The position numbers were made by a program, and so were the translations under genes. This document shows positions 26,813-33,490 of a stretch of 45,027 nt of DNA, piece by piece. Numbering within the stretch: the first letter of the stretch is position 1; every line of letters begins with the position of its first letter. Source of the DNA: a virus (Duplodnaviria > Caudoviricetes). The notes under the pieces were generated by a model. That model saw only the letters and a list, made by a program, of their open reading frames with translations. It did no database searches and was not told the DNA's origin. The DNA lies in the IMG/VR virus record IMGVR_UViG_3300033485_000032, positions 1 to 45,027 of that record; one strand, written 5' to 3'.

Positions 26813-28078
26813 CTATTCCTCCCCCGGCTCCCCGCCGGCCCCCTGTGCGGCCAGTTCACGCGCCGCCAGCGCAACGATCTGTTGCGCCTCTTTCCTCGCC
26901 AGGTCGGGCTTCTCGATCCATCCGAGCATAGCCCCGATCTCCCCAGCGCTCAGGTCGTCGGGGGTCGTGTCGAAAAGGTAGGACGCAACGACATCCGCAC
27001 CCAATCCCAGGAACGTGACGACTTTTTTGTAGTCGTCGGCGGTTGGCGTTCGGCGCTTCTCCGTGTCTCCTTTCAGCGCGTCAGACCAGTTGTCCAGCAC
27101 GTTCTTGAACCAATCCCCCGACCGCTGGCGCATTGCCTGGCGAATGATCTCCGGGGGATATGGACGTTGTGACGCTGGCGCTGTGGCCTCTTGCTCCTGC
27201 TCCTGCTCATCGTCCGCCCCCTCCTCCTCATCATCCTCTACCACTTCGCCATCGACCTCTACATCATCCGGCCCCGGCAATTGGCGCAAGACCCGGGCAT
27301 GTGCTTTGTCTACCAGCGCCGCGTAATCAACTGCCAGCGGCACGATCTCGCACGCCGGTTTCAAGCCGCAGCAGCGCATGCCGGTCTTGGCGTCCATCCA
27401 AACCCGCTCTTTTTCCACGATTTTGAGCAGGAAGTGGACGCCACTGATCACTCCCCCGGCCAGGTCTTTGACCGTGTGCATGGCGGCCTGGAACTCCTCC
27501 CAGGACCCCCAAGAGCCGGTGCCGAGGATGTATCCCTCGATCTGCGCCCCCTCCGTGAGCAGGCAGGTTGGGACGATGGTAATGTACGTCTTCATCGCGC
27601 ACGCCGCGCAAATCGGCCAGCGGTGGCCGACAAAGTCGCTTCCGGGGCAATGGACTTGCTGGCCGGGCTTGAACGTCTCCCCGCCCAGGGGGAACTCGCG
27701 CAGCACGACCCCGCGTTTTATGAACGGTCCGCCGGCGGCGCACTTTACCGAAACTGCGCCCTTTGGCGTCACGCCCACCTCGTGCGGGTACATGTCCCAT
27801 ACGAACCGCCCATCCCCCCGGCAGAGATTAAAACCGCCCTTTCCGGGCCTGCCACCGCCCCACACGGCGTACTCGGAGCGCAGGCAGTCCTCAATGTCCG
27901 GGAATGGGAAAATGAACTCGATCTGCGCGGGAGCATTGCCCAGGGCCGCCGCCAACTTTGGCGCGCTCGTGAGAATGAAGTGTTTGGTTGCCGTCGGGTG
28001 TCCGTTCTCGAAAACACCCAAGCGGATTTTCCCGCCCTCCGGCAACCGCTTGCGAAACGTCCTATCTTGTATCTGCAT
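26813..28078 (-). CDS. Gp3-like (recombination directionality factor-like) recombination protein
   Basis: RLPEGGKIRLG...HP....HF, CRGDG, C....C.AC and GTGSWGS motifs; acidic linker and C-terminal domain. Confidence 0.65.
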   Translation of the reverse strand: MQIQDRTFRKRLPEGGKIRLGVFENGHPTATKHFILTSAPKLAAALGNAPAQIEFIFPFPDIEDCLRSEYAVWGGGRPGKGGFNLCRGDGRFVWDMYPHEVGVTPKGAVSVKCAAGGPFIKRGVVLREFPLGGETFKPGQQVHCPGSDFVGHRWPICAACAMKTYITIVPTCLLTEGAQIEGYILGTGSWGSWEEFQAAMHTVKDLAGGVISGVHFLLKIVEKERVWMDAKTGMRCCGLKPACEIVPLAVDYAALVDKAHARVLRQLPGPDDVEVDGEVVEDDEEEGADDEQEQEQEATAPASQRPYPPEIIRQAMRQRSGDWFKNVLDNWSDALKGDTEKRRTPTADDYKKVVTFLGLGADVVASYLFDTTPDDLSAGEIGAMLGWIEKPDLARKEAQQIVALAARELAAQGAGGEPGEE

Positions 28079-28079
28079 T

Positions 28080-28430
28080 TTATAGCTCTCCTTTTTCTAA
28101 ACTGAAAATCTCAAAGTTGGGGGCGGCGGGTTTCCTACCCCCGCCCCTCACCCGCTCGCGCAGGTCGGGGGGCAAGTTCTCAATCGCCTCGGCCTGCGCG
28201 CCCTGTTCCTCCTCCACCCAGGCCACCGGTACAAAGTCGTCCGAGCAGCCCGCAACGCAATGAGCGCGGGTCGCGCCGTCCTGGTCTACGCGCACGGCCA
28301 GCGGGCCGTGACACGTCGCACACAACCAAAACCGCTGCAAGGTTGGGAAGTCCACCTCCTTTTCCCGCCCCCTTCCCGCGTCGAGAATGGCGGAGTGGCG
28401 GGGGGACTGGTTGAAGCGCAAGACGATCAT
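28080..28430 (-). CDS. Hypothetical zinc-finger protein
   Basis: CATC...CVAGC; AAGGAG RBS. Confidence 0.6.
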   Translation of the reverse strand: MIVLRFNQSPRHSAILDAGRGREKEVDFPTLQRFWLCATCHGPLAVRVDQDGATRAHCVAGCSDDFVPVAWVEEEQGAQAEAIENLPPDLRERVRGGGRKPAAPNFEIFSLEKGEL

Positions 28431-28708
28431 GCGATCTCCTTGCGGCTATAGTAAACGTGCATGGCGTGACCAATCGCGTATACCCACGCCCAGGGCCAAC
28501 CAAACCACCCATCGCACGAGTGCTCTATTACCTCAGCCTGTTCAAGCATGGTGGTATCTGGCAAAGCCAATAGCCGCTCCTCAGCATCCTCCCAAGACGT
28601 GGAGGACTCGATTGCTGCCGCTACATCCGGTAGAATCGTCATCATGTGCGCCCCCGGTGAAACAGGAAAGTCGGGCGCAACTTTGGCAAAACTGGAAAAG
28701 TCTACCAT
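28427..28708 (-). CDS. Hypothetical protein
   Basis: AAGGA RBS before MVDFSS at 28708. Confidence 0.6.
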   Translation of the reverse strand: MVDFSSFAKVAPDFPVSPGAHMMTILPDVAAAIESSTSWEDAEERLLALPDTTMLEQAEVIEHSCDGWFGWPWAWVYAIGHAMHVYYSRKEIA

Positions 28709-28719
28709 TGTTTTATCCT

Positions 28720-28920
28720 TTATAGCTTTCCCCCACGCCGCCCGGCTTCCTGATTTGCGGCGCGGTATCCGATCTCCCGGCTCTTGCTGTTTGCCAGGAG
28801 AAAGACCATGCGAATGATGCGGGCCATAGCGTCGGCAACCACGAACCGATCTGCCCCCGCCGGCGCAGCACTGGCCGCGTCCCTTGCCCATTGGCGGGCT
28901 ACCCGCTCGCTCTCTTTCAT
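28720..28920 (-). CDS. Hypothetical protein
   Basis: GGAGG RBS before MKESER at 28920. Confidence 0.5.
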   Translation of the reverse strand: MKESERVARQWARDAASAAPAGADRFVVADAMARIIRMVFLLANSKSREIGYRAANQEAGRRGGKL

Positions 28921-28922
28921 CC

Positions 28923-29156
28923 TCACGCCTCCGCGATCTCTACCCACACCCTGCGCATCGGGTCACGCCAGAAGCGTGGGCCGTACTCGCCAGGTGGTGG
29001 TTCCGCAATCAGCACGTCACCCCGCCCGCCGATATAGTGGAAAGCAGACACGTAACCACAGATGGGTGTGGTTGGTGGTGGGTCTGGCGGAACGTCTCCC
29101 TCTCCGATAGAAAGCATGGCGTCGTAATGGTCGAGTGCGATTGTGGCGTCCATCAC
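28923..29156 (-). CDS. Hypothetical protein
   Basis: Packed in the leftward operon, 77 aa. Confidence 0.5.
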   Translation of the reverse strand: MMDATIALDHYDAMLSIGEGDVPPDPPPTTPICGYVSAFHYIGGRGDVLIAEPPPGEYGPRFWRDPMRRVWVEIAEA

Positions 29157-29161
29157 GTCAC

Positions 29162-29371
29162 CTACCCCGCCATCCTGAAATCGTACATGGATTTGGCGTC
29201 ACGCTCCATCTGGCTTGCGATACGCTCCATCGCCGCCGCCGTGCGCTCATGAGCAATCGCCTGCCGCAAAGCCGCCGCTTGGCGAATGGCCTCACACGTA
29301 AAGTCAGCGTCTACGGCGTCCCCGTCCACAATCCAGGACGCCAACCGTTCCAAAGTCTCTTTGTCGTTCAT
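29162..29371 (-). CDS. Hypothetical protein
   Basis: 69 aa, preceded by a G11 tract. Confidence 0.55.
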   Translation of the reverse strand: MNDKETLERLASWIVDGDAVDADFTCEAIRQAAALRQAIAHERTAAAMERIASQMERDAKSMYDFRMAG

Positions 29372-29397
29372 CGCTCTCTACCCCCCCCCCCTTCCGC

Positions 29398-29721
29398 TCA
29401 AAATGCGGGCGCGTTCGGGTAGTCTTGCGCCGCCCTCGAGAACGGCTCAAGGCCCCGTGTCCAGTACGCCAGCCATTGCGGGCTGACGTATCCGCACCGC
29501 GCTCCCTGCAAAGCGCGGATGCCAGCGACCATGCGCTTGGAGCCTTTCAACTCACCAAAGCTGGAAAAGGCCGCCAGACACTTGACATCATACTCCGTGA
29601 TGCGCAACCGCCGCGACCAATACGCGGTTGCCCGCCGGATTGCGAATGAAACCTTATCGTTTCTGTCCACCGCTCTGCTCCTTTCCCGTCCGCCCGACCG
29701 GACGGTGATTGCTCTGCTCAT
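29398..29721 (-). CDS. Basic hypothetical protein
   Basis: Probable start MSRAIT at 29721; start uncertain. Confidence 0.45.
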   Translation of the reverse strand: MSRAITVRSGGRERSRAVDRNDKVSFAIRRATAYWSRRLRITEYDVKCLAAFSSFGELKGSKRMVAGIRALQGARCGYVSPQWLAYWTRGLEPFSRAAQDYPNAPAF

Positions 29722-29812
29722 GTGTTTGCGCCGTCGGGTGCGCTTGGGGTTCCTCGCTTGCGGCCCCTTCACCTGCTCCCCATCGCCTGGGAGCAGGTGG
29801 GGAGGCTGAAGC

Positions 29813-30079
29813 CTACCCGTCCAGGTCGTCAACCTCCCCGCCTGTCTCGCTACCATCCCGTTCGTCAAGCCATTCTCCACACTCGTCAGGTGTTGGACAT
29901 GGTCCAAAAACCACGCGCCCATCCTCCTCCACTTGCCACATATCATTTCCCCCAACCTCGACGCTCATTATCTGCGCGGCTCTGCTCCTTGCAACCTCTA
30001 CTCCGCAATTGCCGCAAATTAGGATATGAACATCCGCGCAACTGCGTAGTTGTCCGCCGCAAAGATCACATGTGTCCAT
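29813..30079 (-). CDS. Small zinc-ribbon hypothetical protein
   Basis: AAAAGGAG RBS; CDLC...CGNC. Confidence 0.6.
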   Translation of the reverse strand: MDTCDLCGGQLRSCADVHILICGNCGVEVARSRAAQIMSVEVGGNDMWQVEEDGRVVFGPCPTPDECGEWLDERDGSETGGEVDDLDG

Positions 30080-30200
30080 TTCAATTCTCCTTTTGGTCTA
30101 GTTTCCCGCCGCCTGCGCTCTGCGGTCGGGTTGCTTCCGCTCCCTCGTTTGCCCCTCCGCGAGAGGAGCAAACGAGGGGGAGCAAGCCCCCTCCCGCTCC

Positions 30201-30557
30201 TCACTGCGTGCAGCGGATACCATACTCATCCGACGCAATCGTCTCTGCCGTCTCTCGGCTCGTGGTGTACGCCACGTCACGGCTAGAGAATCCGCACCAG
30301 TACACATAATTGCTCGATTCGGTGTAGCCGTGAACGATGAAGCCGTCAACGACCTCCATCCCGTCGAATGGTGTCACATCGGAAAGCGGTAGCAGGTACA
30401 TGTCGCCGTCCGGCTCTCCGCCGTTGTCGTCCCACGAGATTTCTTGTTCTGGACGATCTGCCTGCTGCGTTGCCTGCTCGTCTGTGAAAAGCACGAGCTT
30501 GGCCGCCTCGATCTGCACGTACTCAATTCCGTTCTCGTCGTACTTTTCCGTGTCCAT
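30201..30557 (-). CDS. Acidic hypothetical protein, first gene of the early arm
   Basis: AAAAGGAG RBS before MDTEKY at 30557, just downstream of a strong promoter. Confidence 0.7.
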   Translation of the reverse strand: MDTEKYDENGIEYVQIEAAKLVLFTDEQATQQADRPEQEISWDDNGGEPDGDMYLLPLSDVTPFDGMEVVDGFIVHGYTESSNYVYWCGFSSRDVAYTTSRETAETIASDEYGIRCTQ

Positions 30558-30634
30558 TTCAATGCTCCTTTTGGTTTCAAGTCCGTCCTGGTCGCTCTTC
30601 CCTGTCCGGTCGGTTTTTCTCTTTCTATGAATCA

Positions 30635-30662
30635 ATTATAGCATAGATTCTGATTTTGTCAA
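30635..30662 (-). promoter_or_regulatory. Major leftward (early) sigma70 promoter
   Basis: TTGACA-16 nt-TATAAT with extended -10 TG and AT-rich upstream region; inverted repeat tccgta-tttta-tacgga at 30663-30679 abuts the -35. Confidence 0.85.
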
Positions 30663-30826
30663 TCCGTATTTTATACGGAGTTTTTTTGTTCTATGTTTAT
30701 CAAGTTTTCCGGGAAAACGTAGCGTTGGACTTTGTCATTTTCGCGTGATTCTATCGGATGGAAAGCCGCCGCCAGGTCGCCGACCTGCGCCAGGTAGCCC
30801 CCTCCCCCCGACCGCCAAATTGCTAC

Positions 30827-30855
30827 TTGACACGGACATGATTTTCGAGTACAAT
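30827..30855 (+). promoter_or_regulatory. Rightward sigma70 promoter for the lysis module
   Basis: TTGACA-17 nt-TACAAT, 30 nt before a gene with a GGAGG RBS. Confidence 0.8.
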
Positions 30856-30884
30856 TAGGACAACTCTCGGAGTGGAGGTTTAAA

Positions 30885-31292
30885 ATGTCCGATTTTCAGT
30901 ATTGGTTCAAGCGCGTCGCCAGCGTCGTCTTGCAGGTCGTCGTCGCCGTCGCCCTCGTCGTCGTTGTCGCCGCGCTCATGGCGAAAGAGGCGGGACAGCC
31001 CGCCGGTCTCCTGGACGTGCTGAAACTCGTCGCTGGCTCCGGCCTCAGCGCCGCCGTGATCTCTACGATCCTCACGCGCCTGGAATGGTTCAAGGCCCTC
31101 ACCGGCGACAACAAGCATTTGGTCGTTTCTCTCTTTGCCCTCGGCCTACCCATCCTGGCCCAAGCCCTGGTTGCCATCGTTCCCCCCGACGCCTGGCCGG
31201 TTATCGAGTCCTACTGGCCTTACGTGCTCTCCTCAGCGGCCTTCTATCTCGGAGGGACGGCGTGGTACAAGCTGGTGATGAAGCGCGAATGA
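30885..31292 (+). CDS. Holin-like membrane protein (about 4 TM)
   Basis: 135 aa, four hydrophobic segments and a basic C-terminus; coupled to a peptidase gene. Confidence 0.6.
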   Translation: MSDFQYWFKRVASVVLQVVVAVALVVVVAALMAKEAGQPAGLLDVLKLVAGSGLSAAVISTILTRLEWFKALTGDNKHLVVSLFALGLPILAQALVAIVPPDAWPVIESYWPYVLSSAAFYLGGTAWYKLVMKRE

Positions 31293-32080
31293 CCGCCGAC
31301 CCCGCTCCCCTCAGCGCAAAATTGCGCGACCTACGGGACGCGCAATTGGCCGTTGCGAAAGAACTGGCCCTGGCCGCTGAGAAGGCCGCACGGATGGAGG
31401 CAGGCATACCTTCCTACCACCTGCCCACCTACTGGGGGTGGGAGGTCCCTGGGGGTCGGCAGGGCTGGCCCGCTCCCTGGGCGAATGACCGCTACAACCG
31501 GGGGCCGGGCAGTACGACGGCGGCAACGTGGGCGGCGAACGGTTGCCTGGCTATGTGCTACTGGTCTCTGGCAGCCTATCACGGCTACGCTGGTACCCCG
31601 CCGGAGTGGGCAGCGATCATGAACGCTGCGGGGGTGTTCCGGGGAAATTTCATGTCGTTCGTCTCGCGCATCGAGCCGTACCTGCGCGAACGGGGCGAGA
31701 CCACGCTGGCCAAAGCCTTTCATTGCCGGTTCGTCAAGGTGTCCAGCAGTAACCGGTTTCCCGTTTGGGAGGACGTGTCCGCCGACCTGGACTTGATTCG
31801 CCGGGAGTTGTCCGCCGGCCCGCTGGTTGTCTGCATCAAGTACAGGACGGCCTACCACTGGTTGCTGGCTACAGAGTACGTCCCCGACCACACAGGCGGC
31901 CCGTATGATGATTTGCTCGTTATGGACCCTCTTTTCGGGGGGATAACGAGCCTGCGCTGCACTTACGACCGCAACAAGCGCATGGCGGATGGTGGGCAAG
32001 GATACGTGCGATGGAAGCTCGTTGGTTGCCACTTGCTCGGACCTGAGCCGCCCGCGCTGGCGGATGGGGAAGCGGAGTGA
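31289..32080 (+). CDS. Papain-fold peptidase C39-like protein (candidate lysin)
   Basis: NGCLAMC (Cys), GPLVV...YHWLLAT (His) and VMDP (Asp) in C39-like order; ATGA overlap with the holin-like gene. Confidence 0.75.
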   Translation: MTADPAPLSAKLRDLRDAQLAVAKELALAAEKAARMEAGIPSYHLPTYWGWEVPGGRQGWPAPWANDRYNRGPGSTTAATWAANGCLAMCYWSLAAYHGYAGTPPEWAAIMNAAGVFRGNFMSFVSRIEPYLRERGETTLAKAFHCRFVKVSSSNRFPVWEDVSADLDLIRRELSAGPLVVCIKYRTAYHWLLATEYVPDHTGGPYDDLLVMDPLFGGITSLRCTYDRNKRMADGGQGYVRWKLVGCHLLGPEPPALADGEAE

Positions 32081-32095
32081 GCGGTAAAATGACAT

Positions 32096-32182
32096 GCCGT
32101 GGTAGCTCAGTGGTAGAGCAACGGGCACGCGCCCATCGAGGGGTAAGCAACCGGCGCTGTGGTTCGATTCCACGCCCTGGCT
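32096..32182 (+). tRNA. tRNA-like RNA with expanded, non-canonical anticodon region
   Basis: GCCGTGG TA GCTC AGTGGTA GAGC, then a 38-nt centre, then TGTGG TTCGATT CCACG CCCTGGC T. TAAAAT lies just upstream. Confidence 0.65.
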
Positions 32183-32379
32183 TTGATTCGCCAGCGGGGA
32201 AAGTTGGGTCCATTCCAACGGCGTGAACCGCCTAACCCGCTGTGTGGATCGGCGGCTGGTGCCTGGGAGACCGTGGTGTTGACCACCCGTCGCCCATCTG
32301 AGGGAAGGCCCGGCACGCGACCTGTGGTTGCTTTGTTGGCTACACTGGCAATGCCGGGCCTCTGTCAAGAAGGAGTCGC

Positions 32380-32796
32380 ATGAGAATCGTACAAGGAGTT
32401 GCCGACGTTCCGGGGCCTCACCGGGTCAAAGCCCTGGTGGGGCTGGCGTTCGGCGACGATGCGGTCGCGGCGACGTTCAGCGAATTGCCGCACGTCCGCC
32501 TAGACGAGATTGCCAGATCCGCGCGGGCAATGAATGCGTCCTTCAGGAGCGACCTTTACGCGCTGGAAATTGACCGGCCCGCTTTCCCGTCCGGGGAATT
32601 GGTGGTCGCCGTCATTCTGATGGCCGACCTGTTGCCGGAATTGGACCCGCGCATGGTCAATGCCGCCCTGGACGCCGCCGAGGGGGTGCTGTTCGCAGAC
32701 AGGCGGCAAATCCGCATGCAACTATCCTTTGCGCAGACCAGTGAGGCGGCTGCTCAGACCATCGTGATCGCCGCGCCGTTCCGGGGTGGGGAATGA
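32380..32796 (+). CDS. RusA-like fold protein, probably catalytically degenerate
   Basis: AALDAAEGVLFADRRQI resembles RusA KxxxDAL.G....DDxQI; AAGGAG RBS. Confidence 0.5.
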   Translation: MRIVQGVADVPGPHRVKALVGLAFGDDAVAATFSELPHVRLDEIARSARAMNASFRSDLYALEIDRPAFPSGELVVAVILMADLLPELDPRMVNAALDAAEGVLFADRRQIRMQLSFAQTSEAAAQTIVIAAPFRGGE

Positions 32797-32965
32797 GCAA
32801 GCGCGGGGTGGTCAAGTTGCCGATAAAACGGCGGACGCGGCGGGGTGGGGGCGGATGTGCACCGCCAATCTCCGCGCCGCAGAAACCGACCGAGCCAAGA
32901 ATTCCTTTTATTTACACTTTCGCACATAGTCCGCAAGAGGCGGGAAAATACGCAGGGAGGGGTAG

Positions 32966-33268
32966 GTGGGACCAGAGAGCGAACTAAAGGCGCAGGTCAA
33001 GGCCATTTTAACGGACGCCGGGTGGGAAGTCTTTGACCTGAGCACCGACCGCAAAGAGCGCCGACAGCACGCCGGTCTGCCCGACCTGATAATCGTCCGC
33101 AACAACGTGGTTGTCTTTGTGGAGACCAAAGCGCCGGGGGAACGGTTGCGGGAAAGCCAAGTGGAATTTTGGAGGAAAATTTACCCACACCTGGGTCCGA
33201 ACGTCGGTCACGCGGTCATTGACAACGTGCTGGCGGCAAAGGCGCTCGTTGCATATTACGGGGGCTGA
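32966..33268 (+). CDS. VRR-NUC (PD-(D/E)xK) nuclease / Holliday junction resolvase-like
   Basis: ESELKAQV, GLPDLII, FVETK and LRESQ..F. Confidence 0.85.
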   Translation: MGPESELKAQVKAILTDAGWEVFDLSTDRKERRQHAGLPDLIIVRNNVVVFVETKAPGERLRESQVEFWRKIYPHLGPNVGHAVIDNVLAAKALVAYYGG

Positions 33269-33288
33269 AATGTGCAAGAAGGGGACCA

Positions 33289-33327
33289 AGAAAAAGAAAA
33301 AGCGGTAGGAGCAAAGTCCTACCGCTT
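33289..33327 (-). terminator. Intrinsic terminator (U-tract on the - strand)
   Basis: aagcggtagga-gcaaag-tcctaccgctt stem preceded on + by aaaaagaaaa. Confidence 0.55.
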
Positions 33328-33454
33328 GCGCTATAGGGGGGGGGGACTTTGTCACTTTCGCCCACCCGAAGCCGGGTTCCGCGCCCGTTGCCGGACGCCA
33401 GGTAGCCTCGCCCACCCCCTACCCCACCTGACTGCCAAAGACGAAAATTGAGGA

Positions 33455-33483
33455 TTGACACGCCCCTGCTTTTCTGATATAAT
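33455..33483 (+). promoter_or_regulatory. Sigma70 promoter for the methylase-terminase operon (probably leaderless)
   Basis: TTGACA-17 nt-TATAAT with extended -10 TG; ATG at 33491 is 7 nt after the -10. Confidence 0.85.
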
Positions 33484-33490
33484 ACGAATC

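Noticed and set aside
26813-28078. Evidence for a serine-integrase excision system
   Set aside because: The Gp3/RDF-like resemblance alone is insufficient; no integrase or att-like site is recognisable, so a general recombination role is more likely.
27191-28105. Long opposite-strand ORFs (also 31331-32368, 33572-34483, 8566-9321, 42469-43212, 38270-39016)
   Set aside because: Antisense shadows of well-supported genes in high-GC DNA, with no recognisable motifs.
29381-29391. C11 homopolymer (and G10 at 33336-33345) as phase-variation switches
   Set aside because: Both lie outside confidently called genes and outside -35/-10 spacers, and length variation cannot be shown from a single sequence.
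30902-31288. Arg-rich 129-aa N-terminal extension of the peptidase ORF
   Set aside because: It is an alternative frame of the holin-like gene; the ATGA-coupled start at 31289 is more plausible.
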